Below, piece after piece: positions 1 to 8,631 of a stretch of DNA of 64,000 nt. Position 1 is the stretch's first letter. Each line of letters opens with the position of its first letter. The notes below the pieces were generated by a model. That model ran no database searches and was not told where the DNA came from. It saw nothing but the letters and a program-made list of their open reading frames with translations. Location of the stretch: positions 1 to 64,000 of IMG/VR virus record IMGVR_UViG_3300046808_001241. One strand, given 5' to 3'. The translations under genes and the position numbers were made by a program.

Positions 1-223
1 AGAACAACCTCCTCTAATAGAAAGAATTGTATATGAAAGTAAATAGCCTAATCCTCCTAGCACTAATGCTTCCACTCGTTGGCTGTTCGACTGTTGATCA
101 AGCCAAGAAGGATTTCAAGAACTTTAAAGCCACTGTCCAATACAATGCAAAGGTCAAGCACTTTCCTGTAGTTGTTTTTAGGGATTGACCTGTCCAACCC
201 TCAACCCTATACTCAATACTGTT

Positions 224-403
224 ATGAATAAAACAACTACATACACAATCCAAGAACTTCTTAACAAGTACCCAGCTAATAAAGAGCTGAAAACTCTTGA
301 TTGGTCTAAGGATAAAGACGATCTTGAATTTGATATCAGTTCAATAATTGGTGGAGATTGGATTGTCGATCGTCAGAACAACACTGTCACAAATCTTCAT
401 TGA
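224..403 (+). CDS. early hypothetical protein
   Basis: ATG 39 nt after promoter 185; stop is the TGA of motif 400. Confidence 0.8.
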   Translation: MNKTTTYTIQELLNKYPANKELKTLDWSKDKDDLEFDISSIIGGDWIVDRQNNTVTNLH

Positions 404-435
404 CCTGTCCAACAACAATCTCTAGAATTAAAACC

Positions 436-618
436 ATGAAAGAACACGAACTTGTAAACTATTTGATTGAAGTCCTGGATTGGGCTTCGAATGAAGACAA
501 TATGGTCGTTGGTGTGGATACTTTTGAGAGTGCAGGACTTATGACTAACAACGAAGGTCTTGTAATCAAGATGAAGACTGGAGAAGTCTTTCAGCTGACG
601 GTCAAACAATCCCGTTGA
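436..618 (+). CDS. early hypothetical protein
   Basis: ATG after promoter 400; stop is the TGA of motif 615. Confidence 0.8.
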   Translation: MKEHELVNYLIEVLDWASNEDNMVVGVDTFESAGLMTNNEGLVIKMKTGEVFQLTVKQSR

Positions 619-652
619 CCTGTCCAACCCAAACTCCGATAGTAATACTGTT

Positions 653-913
653 ATGAACAACTACTACACTGACTACTCCAATATTGATCTCAACAGCGGA
701 TATCAAAAGGATTTGAACATCATTGATCCTCTTTCGTTTGCAGATCTTCTTTTAGAGATCAATTGCAACATTCCAAAGATCAACGAGCAGACCGTTCGTC
801 GTCAGTTCGAAGAAGATCTACAACGTACGATCGATTCTGCTCGAGAAGTCTTTGAAGCTAACTTGTCAAACATCGTCAAGCATGCAAACGACTATCGCAA
901 AGAATTAGTTTGA
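653..913 (+). CDS. early hypothetical protein
   Basis: ATG after promoter 615; stop is the TGA of motif 910. Confidence 0.8.
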   Translation: MNNYYTDYSNIDLNSGYQKDLNIIDPLSFADLLLEINCNIPKINEQTVRRQFEEDLQRTIDSAREVFEANLSNIVKHANDYRKELV

Positions 914-945
914 CCTGTCCAATCTAAATCTCTACAATCTTTCTC

Positions 946-1305
946 ATGATCAAATCGACACAAAAACACACAATTACCGTCAATGCAACAGATCTCAAAA
1001 AGAATCTGTGTGCTTCCTATCTGCAACTGCTTCAAGATGAACTGGATGCAAAGGAGATTGACTTCGAGTATTTCAAAATGGATCTCGATCGTTTCCAAGA
1101 CGAGCTGGATTCTGTTGTGAAGAGCGGGTTTGCACAATCGTTTCGCGACGGAAATACTATGATTTTATTGAACGGTGAAGACTTCGAATTCGTCGAGAAC
1201 TGGTTCGATAAGAACAAGAACCTCTCCGAAGAGCTTGTTGTGCGTATCCTCGATGATGAAGGTAATCAGATGGAAGTAGTTCAGCACGTTGATCTAAGCT
1301 ACTAA
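946..1305 (+). CDS. acidic early hypothetical protein
   Basis: 119 aa ORF after promoter 910. Confidence 0.8.
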   Translation: MIKSTQKHTITVNATDLKKNLCASYLQLLQDELDAKEIDFEYFKMDLDRFQDELDSVVKSGFAQSFRDGNTMILLNGEDFEFVENWFDKNKNLSEELVVRILDDEGNQMEVVQHVDLSY

Positions 1306-1319
1306 GAGGTTGGGTCGCT

Positions 1320-1361
1320 AAAAAAGGGGAGCTGGCAAGAATGCCTGGCGGCCAGCTCCCC
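1320..1361. terminator. GC-rich hairpin, probable terminator
   Basis: 11-bp stem GGGGAGCTGGC (1326-1336) / GCCAGCTCCCC (1351-1361); the A-tract before it gives a U-tract on the minus strand. Confidence 0.55.
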
Positions 1362-1418
1362 CCACGCGTGGGATTAATGTTGAGCAGTCCAGGCAAGTTG
1401 TTGAAGATTCTTTCTGTT

Positions 1419-2336
1419 ATGCAAGCTATTCAATCGAACAACACCACCAATAAAAACTTCACTCGTGTACGAGACGTTCAAGTTCCAGAGATCTTCTTTC
1501 GGAAGTTCAAGACTGGTATTGAAGATCTGGACGAAGCATTTGGTGGACAAGGATTTCTTCCTGGTTCTGTAATCACTCTTGCTGCTCCGGCTGGTGTTGG
1601 CAAGAGCTCGATTGCTTTGCAACTCCTTCAGTCATTGGAAGATATTGGTAAGAAGACTGCCTACATTTCTGGAGAAGAGACTTTGGAACAAGTTTCGTTT
1701 GCTGCTAAACGGTTGAGAGCTGAGTCTGTTCCTGTTGCCAATCTTGTTTATATTGAAGACATTGAAGAAGCTGTTGTTGAGTACGGCTTTAATTTTATTG
1801 TGTTGGATAGCTTTCCAACGATTGCAACTAAGCGGAAAGGAATGAGCTCCAGGGAGAAAGAAAGCTATGTTATTGGCAAGCTTGTTAATCTCGCAAAAGA
1901 ACGAGAGTGTTGCATGCTTATCATCCAACACTTTACGAAGAGTGGCAAATACAAAGGAGGTACGGAATTGATTCATGCTGCAGATGCTTTGTTCACTCTT
2001 GAGAAAAACCCTGACGATCACAATCTTAGAGATCTGATTTGTCACAAGAATCGTTTCGGTCAGTGCTCGTTCACTACCTTTCCTTTTGGGGCACAAGGAT
2101 ATACTTTCGAAGCCGTTGCTGCAGATAACAATCCAGAGCGCAAGTCTAGTGCAAAGAAAGAATCCAAAGCGGATCTCGTTCTTGACAGTCTTAGTGAACC
2201 AAAGAACGTTGCGCAAATTGTTCAAGAGACAGGCATTTCTGGACCATATCTTAACATGGTTCTTCGGCAGCTTGTTACAGAAGGCAAGATCAACAAAGAT
2301 GGTCGGGGAGCAGATGCACTGTACAAGAAGATCTGA
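1419..2336 (+). CDS. RadA/Sms-like RecA-fold ATPase with probable C-terminal winged helix
   Basis: TGIEDLDEAFGG, Walker A APAGVGKSS, Walker B IVLDS, ELIHAADA, KNRFG; start taken at the ATG after promoter variant 1380. Confidence 0.85.
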   Translation: MQAIQSNNTTNKNFTRVRDVQVPEIFFRKFKTGIEDLDEAFGGQGFLPGSVITLAAPAGVGKSSIALQLLQSLEDIGKKTAYISGEETLEQVSFAAKRLRAESVPVANLVYIEDIEEAVVEYGFNFIVLDSFPTIATKRKGMSSREKESYVIGKLVNLAKERECCMLIIQHFTKSGKYKGGTELIHAADALFTLEKNPDDHNLRDLICHKNRFGQCSFTTFPFGAQGYTFEAVAADNNPERKSSAKKESKADLVLDSLSEPKNVAQIVQETGISGPYLNMVLRQLVTEGKINKDGRGADALYKKI

Positions 2337-2357
2337 GTCGATATGCTCTTGAATCAT

Positions 2358-2391
2358 CAAAACGATTTTAAACGCATTCTAGAGCCAAGAA
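2358..2391 (+). repeat. 34-bp intergenic repeat, copy 1
   Basis: CAAAACGATTTTAAACGCATTCTAGAGCCAAGAA; matches 7281-7314 with 2 mismatches. Confidence 0.85.
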
Positions 2392-2478
2392 TCAGTGGAT
2401 ATGTGCACGGGCTCTGAAGCATTCTTTGAAAGATAATTGTTGAGCTGTCCAGGATCTGTCTCGAGAATAATAACTGTT

Positions 2479-2676
2479 ATGAACAACACCAATCACATCA
2501 TCAACGACTACTTGGAAGCACTAACCGAGCGAGCTGAAATGGCTGGAGACGATCGGTTAGCATATGCTATGGGCTTCCTGCTAGGATCCCTGAAGACTCT
2601 TGGCCTTCAAGGCTATGAGCTCGAAGTGCTTCAACGAGACACAGCTAACCTTCGCAACCTCATTGCTGGAAAGTAA
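2479..2676 (+). CDS. early hypothetical protein
   Basis: ATG 39 nt after promoter 2440. Confidence 0.75.
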   Translation: MNNTNHIINDYLEALTERAEMAGDDRLAYAMGFLLGSLKTLGLQGYELEVLQRDTANLRNLIAGK

Positions 2677-2679
2677 TTT

Positions 2680-2949
2680 ATGACCACTCAACAAAACACT
2701 ATCAACCTTGTTCGATCGATCATGCGAGCAGGCGGCAAGACTCAAGTCTGGAACAACAAGTACGAAGACGGAGTCCGTACAGTGAAGTGCTACAGGGACA
2801 AAGACACATGCAAGGACTTACAACTCAAGGACATCATTGTTCAGACTCTTGGAGACTTGCACATTGATCATAAGATCAATTTCACATTGCCTTCAGGTGG
2901 TCCTTTCAATCCAGGCACGGGAGGATTTATTGTCAGGCTTCCTGCTTGA
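2680..2949 (+). CDS. early hypothetical protein
   Basis: 89 aa; stop is the TGA of motif 2946. Confidence 0.75.
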   Translation: MTTQQNTINLVRSIMRAGGKTQVWNNKYEDGVRTVKCYRDKDTCKDLQLKDIIVQTLGDLHIDHKINFTLPSGGPFNPGTGGFIVRLPA

Positions 2950-2990
2950 CCTGTCCGAGATCTGTCCCGAGAATAATAACTGTTATGAAC
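2946..2990 (+). repeat. 45-bp exact direct repeat (promoter plus start codon), also at 3239-3283
   Basis: TTGACCTGTCCGAGATCTGTCCCGAGAATAATAACTGTTATGAAC is identical at both sites; a near copy lies at 2440. Confidence 0.9.
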
Positions 2991-3242
2991 GACTCCAAAT
3001 CACTAATCCAAGAAGGCAAAGAACTCGAACAAGAGCTGAAGGCTCTGCACAAGAGGCTCAAGGCTGAGACTAAAGAGCTGAAGAAGAGGTACAGGGCACA
3101 CGTTAAGAGTGTCGACAAGTTCTGTGACAAGAACCAAGAGGATACAGATCTCTGTCTCAAAGTAGGAGCTCCTTTCGATCGTTGTGAGAGTGCTCTTTAT
3201 TACATCCCAGAAGTCTTCGAAGGCTGGAATAGTTTTAATTGA
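2985..3242 (+). CDS. early coiled-coil hypothetical protein
   Basis: after promoter 2946; stop in motif 3239. Confidence 0.75.
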   Translation: MNDSKSLIQEGKELEQELKALHKRLKAETKELKKRYRAHVKSVDKFCDKNQEDTDLCLKVGAPFDRCESALYYIPEVFEGWNSFN

Positions 3243-3277
3243 CCTGTCCGAGATCTGTCCCGAGAATAATAACTGTT

Positions 3278-3475
3278 ATGAACAACACTACCAAATTAGT
3301 CAAAATCCTCGAAGACGCTGGCAAATCGACCCACTACATCATTGGGAATTTGCAAGCAGTTCTGCAACTTCTCGAACGGGAATCTCCTGCTAATGCTAAG
3401 ATCCTCCAAGACTCTGTGAAGTATGCAGAGCAACTAATTCAAATGAACAAAGAAGAAGAAGCTAAACTCAAATGA
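3278..3475 (+). CDS. early hypothetical protein
   Basis: after promoter 3239. Confidence 0.75.
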   Translation: MNNTTKLVKILEDAGKSTHYIIGNLQAVLQLLERESPANAKILQDSVKYAEQLIQMNKEEEAKLK

Positions 3476-3618
3476 AAAAACTGATCCTATTAACACTCCT
3501 CATCAGCTCTGCAACGGGATGCTCTACAGTAAAGCAAGCCCAGGCAGACTTCAGACACTTCCAAAATACAATCAAGTATCACCACAGCCAACCAGTAGTC
3601 CGCAACATTTACTTCTAA
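3472..3618 (+). CDS. small lipoprotein (48 aa, not in ORF track)
   Basis: MKKLILLTLLISSATGC signal with lipobox-like Cys; ATGA overlap with the upstream stop. Confidence 0.7.
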   Translation: MKKLILLTLLISSATGCSTVKQAQADFRHFQNTIKYHHSQPVVRNIYF

Positions 3619-3619
3619 A

Positions 3620-3766
3620 ATGAAACAATACATCAACACCATCCTGTCATTCCTGTTCCCATTCCAAGAACTTAACAGCAAGGTTTCCGTCCTATCAGAA
3701 CAAAGTTGGCTAGAGAAGATTATGACATCTCCTCAAGTTAAAGACTATCTGTGGACTGCTAAATGA
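3620..3766 (+). CDS. small hypothetical protein (48 aa)
   Basis: ATG directly after the previous stop, ends just before a tRNA. Confidence 0.5.
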   Translation: MKQYINTILSFLFPFQELNSKVSVLSEQSWLEKIMTSPQVKDYLWTAK

Positions 3767-3773
3767 TTTTTAA

Positions 3774-3846
3774 GGGCTTGTAGCTCAAAGGTTAGAGCGT
3801 GTTTCTCATAAAAACTTGGTTGGGGGTTCGAATCCCTCCAGGCCCA
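3774..3846 (+). tRNA. tRNA with CAT anticodon (Met or Ile2)
   Basis: GGGCTTG/CAGGCCC acceptor stem, CTCATAA anticodon loop, TTCGAAT T-loop; CCA not encoded. Confidence 0.85.
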
Positions 3847-3851
3847 TTAAC

Positions 3852-3937
3852 TTCATAACACGTCTGATGCGTACGGAACGCATCTTTTCATAACAAAAGA
3901 GAAGAGCTGCTGGATCTAGACTGGCAGCTCTTTTTCT
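3852..3937 (+). terminator. TTCATAACA - hairpin - TTTTCATAACA - terminator hairpin
   Basis: GATGCGT/ACGCATC stem (3866-3884), then GAAGAGCTGC/GCAGCTCTTT followed by a T tract. Confidence 0.75.
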
Positions 3938-3977
3938 TGTTGTCTTGTCCTCAGCTCTTCTCGAAGGTATTTGCATT

Positions 3978-4217
3978 ATGAAAAAGATCTACAAATACAA
4001 AAACCTCGGATATGCTCTTGCAGTCTTCTTCTATGTGGATCTGTCTGTGGCAGCCTTTGCGTACGTTGGCAAAGATGTTGTCAGAGACTATCAACTCAAA
4101 CGGGATGCAGAGAACATTCTGAACACTCCAGATCTCACTACTGGATTGGAAGAGCTTGAGCATGCCGTGCAGATGGACCTTGCCGACCTGGAGAAGACCT
4201 TCCAAAAGAATTCTTGA
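3978..4217 (+). CDS. early membrane-anchored hypothetical protein
   Basis: one hydrophobic segment; follows promoter variant 3940. Confidence 0.7.
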   Translation: MKKIYKYKNLGYALAVFFYVDLSVAAFAYVGKDVVRDYQLKRDAENILNTPDLTTGLEELEHAVQMDLADLEKTFQKNS

Positions 4218-4252
4218 TCTGTCCTAAAAGAATCCTGAATATAAAGACTGTT

Positions 4253-4468
4253 ATGGAAATCAAAAATCAAAGCCAGCTCCGAGAATTCTTTTGGGATGTT
4301 ATGTATCCTCGTTATACGCCAAAGAGGTTTTCCTCTTCTAAAAAATTCTATAGACAGAACGACTATTGTGCAGAGGTTCGAATGAACTGGGTTGACTTTG
4401 TCGATGTAATGCAACGAGAGGGACGAATCTCTGACAATCTAGCTCACACTGCTACTCTTCGAGCTTGA
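4253..4468 (+). CDS. early hypothetical protein
   Basis: after promoter 4214; stop in motif 4465. Confidence 0.75.
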   Translation: MEIKNQSQLREFFWDVMYPRYTPKRFSSSKKFYRQNDYCAEVRMNWVDFVDVMQREGRISDNLAHTATLRA

Positions 4469-4503
4469 CCTGTCCACCAACACTCTCTAAGATTATTACC
4501 GTT

Positions 4504-4707
4504 ATGAATACAACAACCCAACAATTCAATCGATCGTTTGTAGACAAGCTGAAAGGAAAAGGCTCGAAGTGGCTTACAGAGAGCATCCAAGTCGAAGAGC
4601 GCATGCTTAAGTTCTGCCCAGAGAGCGAACTTCCCAAGTACGAGCTTTACATTCAGGTCATGAAAAAAGCTCTCAATGAGCTTGACCTGTCCACAGCTGC
4701 TGCCTAA
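4504..4707 (+). CDS. early hypothetical protein
   Basis: after promoter 4465. Confidence 0.75.
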   Translation: MNTTTQQFNRSFVDKLKGKGSKWLTESIQVEERMLKFCPESELPKYELYIQVMKKALNELDLSTAAA

Positions 4708-4717
4708 GATTATCAAC

Positions 4718-4879
4718 ATGGACAAAGAAGTAAATCAAGCAGACTATCTTTTGCACGACTTGATTATCCCTACTGTTAATGAACACTTCAATGAAGACGA
4801 TCACTACGGAGTGTCTCGAATTGAAGACGATCGCAAAGAAGAAGATAGTCAACAAATGAACTTTTGGGGGAAGTGGTAG
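4718..4879 (+). CDS. early hypothetical protein
   Basis: after promoter 4682. Confidence 0.65.
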   Translation: MDKEVNQADYLLHDLIIPTVNEHFNEDDHYGVSRIEDDRKEEDSQQMNFWGKW

Positions 4880-4880
4880 A

Positions 4881-5078
4881 GTGAAAGTTACCAGGAAGTC
4901 TTTGCTGACTGGTAGGCTGAATACCTTGGAGCTTGATATCACTCCGCAAGAAATGGAATGGTTCGAGCAAGGGGAAGCAAAGATCCAAGAGCTCTGGCCC
5001 CATCTTACTCCCGAACAACACGACTTTATTAAGACAGGTATAACAGAACAAGAAATCAATGAAAGGATTAAACAATAA
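4881..5078 (+). CDS. small phage hypothetical protein
   Basis: GTG start, tightly packed; RKSLLTG...FIKTGIT pattern resembles small phage proteins. Confidence 0.7.
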   Translation: MKVTRKSLLTGRLNTLELDITPQEMEWFEQGEAKIQELWPHLTPEQHDFIKTGITEQEINERIKQ

Positions 5079-5079
5079 C

Positions 5080-5274
5080 ATGACTGCACGAGACCATCAA
5101 TTTGAAGTAGGGACTTGCCTGGAAGAGATCAAGCAGTTCCAAGACCGAGTCCTGGATGTCTATGATCCCAAGGACCAGAAGAAGATTGCTTTGCTGAAGG
5201 AACTGGTCTCCTTGCAAGCAGAACTGGAAGAATTGGATAAAGAGTTCGAGAACTATATCAAAGAGAATTGTTGA
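5080..5274 (+). CDS. coiled-coil hypothetical protein
   Basis: stop is the TGA of motif 5271. Confidence 0.7.
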   Translation: MTARDHQFEVGTCLEEIKQFQDRVLDVYDPKDQKKIALLKELVSLQAELEELDKEFENYIKENC

Positions 5275-5305
5275 CCTCTCCAAAGAGATTGACGAAGGTT
5301 ATTAC

Positions 5306-5620
5306 ATGAACAAAATATCTTTGATCCTTCTGGCAGCAGTGGCGATGACTCTCCAGGCTTGTTCCACCGGTGGATCTTATCAAGTAGGTTACTCCCGTGG
5401 TTATGTAAACAACTATTCTCCAACACGTACCTATTACAATCCTTATAACTCTTACAATCCTTACCAAACCTATTCCGTTGGCCCTCAATACTATAAGACA
5501 CGCGTTCCTTACTTCGGCCAACAAGTTCGGAACTATACTGGAACCCCAATCGCGATGCCCTCTTATAGTCCTTGTGGACAGCAGAGGTCTTCAATGATCA
5601 TCCCCAACAGCTGGAACTAA
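5306..5620 (+). CDS. Tyr/Asn/Pro-rich lipoprotein
   Basis: MNKISLILLAAVAMTLQAC lipobox; YNPY repeats; own promoter at 5271. Confidence 0.75.
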   Translation: MNKISLILLAAVAMTLQACSTGGSYQVGYSRGYVNNYSPTRTYYNPYNSYNPYQTYSVGPQYYKTRVPYFGQQVRNYTGTPIAMPSYSPCGQQRSSMIIPNSWN

Positions 5621-5628
5621 ACAACATA

Positions 5629-5790
5629 ATGAAATACGAAATCCTCAAAAATACTATCGGCGGTCTCATAATCTCTGCAACACTCATCGGAATGGCAATC
5701 CCAAAAGAATCCGGAATGCTTGATGTGGTACTCTTTGCAGCAATGATGACGACCTTCCTCTACGTCGTGCTGCCGACTCAAAAGAGTTGA
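5629..5790 (+). CDS. small two-TM membrane protein
   Basis: two hydrophobic segments; stop in motif 5787. Confidence 0.65.
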   Translation: MKYEILKNTIGGLIISATLIGMAIPKESGMLDVVLFAAMMTTFLYVVLPTQKS

Positions 5791-5825
5791 CCTGTCCAAG
5801 AAGAATATAGATTATAAAGACTGTT

Positions 5826-5993
5826 ATGAACGATCTATTCCTTAAAGCAATCGCACAAGACATTACCTTCGCAGCCCACGTGATGGCAAAGATTATGGGA
5901 GGACTTTTCCTCAGCCCTGACGCAATTGCCATCTGTGTGGTCTTCGGTCTTGGGTTCTTGGCCTTCTGGCTCAAAGCTAAATTGAACGCTTAA
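5826..5993 (+). CDS. small membrane protein (55 aa, not in ORF track)
   Basis: ATG 39 nt after promoter 5787; hydrophobic C-terminal half. Confidence 0.7.
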   Translation: MNDLFLKAIAQDITFAAHVMAKIMGGLFLSPDAIAICVVFGLGFLAFWLKAKLNA

Positions 5994-5994
5994 T

Positions 5995-6198
5995 ATGACA
6001 ATCCCTGAACTGATTGCACAAACCAAGAACCAAGTCTCCCTGCTGCGGGCTCTAGTCGATAGTCACGCAAATGATATAAAGGACTATCCTAAAGGCAATT
6101 ACGATCTTGCTTCTCTAAGTCAGCTCGAGCATTGTTACAATACTTTGTTGACTCTGAACGATTTACTAGCTAAACCTATAACGGAAGAACTTTCATAA
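5995..6198 (+). CDS. hypothetical protein
   Basis: 67 aa; its TAA lies inside a TTTCATAAC motif. Confidence 0.7.
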   Translation: MTIPELIAQTKNQVSLLRALVDSHANDIKDYPKGNYDLASLSQLEHCYNTLLTLNDLLAKPITEELS

Positions 6199-6314
6199 CA
6201 GACCCTCCGTGGCCAGGGAACAAGGCCACCTTTTCATAACTAGGACAGAGCTTCTGCCGAATCAAGCTCAAAAAGAAAGACTCAGAGATCAGACTCTGGG
6301 TCTTTTTTCTTTTT
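6191..6314 (+). terminator. TTTCATAAC - hairpin - TTTTCATAAC - hairpin - terminator
   Basis: GTGGCC/GGCCAC, GAGCTT/AAGCTC and AAAGACTCAGAG/CTCTGGGTCTTT stems, then a long T tract. Confidence 0.75.
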
Positions 6315-6351
6315 GTTGACATGTCCAACAACATAGCTGACTCTATTAAAG

Positions 6352-7218
6352 ATGACACAAAGAAAAATTACCTCCGTGATGGTTACTGAAGGACGACTGG
6401 TTGCTTATGATGGCAGCGAAAAGGTCAAAGAGTTCGGGCAAAACTTCGTTGCAGCTGCTACAGCTTCCCCGGAGAAGGTTATTACCGTTAACAAGTACGG
6501 CCATGTAGAAGAGTGGAAGTTTGATCCAAAGTTCCCTTCTCTAGATAAAGTTCGCATGTGGGGCACTTCTGATAGTCCTGTGAGCATTAGCGCTAGTGGA
6601 AACAATTGCAACGTCACGAGGTCTAATGGCCAGACTGACATGTATATCAACGGACAGAAGTCTCGTACTGTTGGTACTGCTAATACTCCCAAGACCTCTA
6701 GCGAACCTTCTTCTAGTAAGGACTATCAACCAGAACAGCCTTATCAACAATCGGATACTTCATATGCTGACATTCCGGATGGGTTTATGGCAGGAATGGG
6801 TCACAGGTGTAAGGTATTGATCACTGAGCCAATTCCAGGACCTTGGGCAAAGATTGTTGTGTGGTTTACAGCGATCTCCTCTGCTGTGGCAGCTGGCGTT
6901 GTTTTGTATAATACTGGCGAAGCAGATCCAAGTCTTATTGTCTCGGCGCTTGGCCTCGTAGTAGTTAATGCTGGACTTAGCTACTGGCTTCGACATGCAA
7001 TTGCTAAGGTTCTAGTACGGTCTTGGTACGGAGCTCCTCTTGTCATTCTTGGAGCTCTGATCAGCCAAACGTATCCAGACATCGGAGGGATTATTATAGC
7101 GGCAGGAGCAATTGCGTGGTTGTGGCCCATTTGGCCAATTGCATTGATTGTGATTTGTGTAGTGTTTGTAGTGATGGCAGCAGTAGGCAAATCTGTTCCT
7201 ACAATGGATCGTCGGTAA
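6352..7218 (+). CDS. membrane protein with soluble N-terminal domain and multi-TM C-terminus
   Basis: 288 aa; about 4-5 hydrophobic segments at the C-terminus; own promoter at 6316. Confidence 0.8.
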   Translation: MTQRKITSVMVTEGRLVAYDGSEKVKEFGQNFVAAATASPEKVITVNKYGHVEEWKFDPKFPSLDKVRMWGTSDSPVSISASGNNCNVTRSNGQTDMYINGQKSRTVGTANTPKTSSEPSSSKDYQPEQPYQQSDTSYADIPDGFMAGMGHRCKVLITEPIPGPWAKIVVWFTAISSAVAAGVVLYNTGEADPSLIVSALGLVVVNAGLSYWLRHAIAKVLVRSWYGAPLVILGALISQTYPDIGGIIIAAGAIAWLWPIWPIALIVICVVFVVMAAVGKSVPTMDRR

Positions 7219-7275
7219 TTTTTCATAACAGAGAAGAAGGGCCTTGGATTCGTTTCTGAGGCCCTTTTGCTTTTT
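7219..7275 (+). terminator. TTTTTCATAACAG followed by terminator hairpin
   Basis: AAGGGCCT/AGGCCCTT stem followed by T-rich sequence. Confidence 0.7.
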
Positions 7276-7280
7276 ATAGA

Positions 7281-7314
7281 CAAAACGATTTTAAACGCAT
7301 CCTAGTGCCAAGAA
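7281..7314 (+). repeat. 34-bp intergenic repeat, copy 2
   Basis: CAAAACGATTTTAAACGCATCCTAGTGCCAAGAA. Confidence 0.85.
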
Positions 7315-7512
7315 CAATGGGAATTACCCTGCAGAAGATTCTCGTTGAGGTCATCAAGGAAAGACTTGAATGTGTCTGCATGATATTTAGAGCACAACTA
7401 CACATCCTTTGCATGATCAAGAATCCTTCGAAGTGGAGATTCTATTTGAAGGGAATCTTGAGAGAGTTTGGGATTGACCTGTCCAAGAACTGACAGGACT
7501 ATAGAGACTGTT

Positions 7513-7761
7513 ATGAACGCTACATCTACTACACCACAACACAAATCATTCACACGAGTCGTCCCCCACAAGTACTTCATGGACCTTGTCAAGGAGGCTC
7601 GTAGGGTCAAGTACATCATCAAGCAAGAGGGTCAGCACCTGTACGATGTGCGGGACGACGAGACTGGGGAGAAGGTCTTCTTTGGCATGAAGCACTCTTC
7701 AGGCAAGTGGATTGCTTCCTTCTCTACAGCATATTGGCAAGAGCCTGCACTGCCAGCTTGA
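7513..7761 (+). CDS. early hypothetical protein
   Basis: after promoter 7474. Confidence 0.8.
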   Translation: MNATSTTPQHKSFTRVVPHKYFMDLVKEARRVKYIIKQEGQHLYDVRDDETGEKVFFGMKHSSGKWIASFSTAYWQEPALPA

Positions 7762-7763
7762 TC

Positions 7764-7937
7764 ATGAACACATTCAATCCCAAAGACTATATCGTGACGC
7801 TTGATGGCTTCCGAGGCTATGTCGTGAAGCGTCTGGACTATTGCCACAACATGTACGAGATCAGACTCGCATCGGGCTTGACAGTACGGGGCGGAGAAGA
7901 GCTGAAGCTGGATGAGCTGATGTATCAAGAAGCTTGA
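7764..7937 (+). CDS. early hypothetical protein
   Basis: stop in motif 7934. Confidence 0.7.
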   Translation: MNTFNPKDYIVTLDGFRGYVVKRLDYCHNMYEIRLASGLTVRGGEELKLDELMYQEA

Positions 7938-7972
7938 CCTGTCCTGAAGACTCCCTGACAATCTTTAATGTT

Positions 7973-8230
7973 ATGACGATCGATTCAAAAAACACTGCAA
8001 CCTTTATCGGCAATGAGATCTCAGTCCGTCACTCGGTACGGCCAGACGTCCGGAGGGAGTTCCTAGCCTTCTCTATCGACAACGGATGGGACGATGTGAA
8101 GAAGGTCCATAAGAAGGTCCTGAAGTTCCAAGACCGCAAGTTCGTCTTCAGTGGCTGGAACTCAGACACTAACGAGTGCTACTTCTTCCGTCCCTTGAAT
8201 CAAGACCCAGACACTGCTACGATCCTTTAA
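7973..8230 (+). CDS. early hypothetical protein
   Basis: after promoter 7934. Confidence 0.75.
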   Translation: MTIDSKNTATFIGNEISVRHSVRPDVRREFLAFSIDNGWDDVKKVHKKVLKFQDRKFVFSGWNSDTNECYFFRPLNQDPDTATIL

Positions 8231-8254
8231 GAGGGTTTGATTAAATAAAATAGT

Positions 8255-8620
8255 ATGAAGAATAAAGATACTCAATTACTAGAAGAAGCTTACGAGAAAG
8301 TCATGGAACAATCCTTTCCTGTTGGCATGAAAGAGAAGATCGAAAGGTATGCAGAGCTTTCAGACCCTGATGCCGAATTAGATACAGAGGAAGAAATGGA
8401 ATTGAGCGATCTACAAAAGTGGGCTGAACAACATGGAGTAATTGACCATTTCGAGAAGCATGCAGAGAGCGCTCATTTTGGAAGAGGTATGTCAGGACAA
8501 GCTTCTGATCCTCTAGCATTCAGACAAAAAATGATGAATCCTCTGAGAGTTACTAAAGCCGGCAAAGCTTATTCCCAAGACATTCAAGGCAGAAAGAATT
8601 TGATGCGAAACATCAAATAA
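8255..8620 (+). CDS. putative late internal head protein
   Basis: TAAATA at 8242; N-terminus MKNKDTQLLEEAY is shared with 14378. Confidence 0.7.
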   Translation: MKNKDTQLLEEAYEKVMEQSFPVGMKEKIERYAELSDPDAELDTEEEMELSDLQKWAEQHGVIDHFEKHAESAHFGRGMSGQASDPLAFRQKMMNPLRVTKAGKAYSQDIQGRKNLMRNIK

Positions 8621-8631
8621 CTTAAAGAAAA

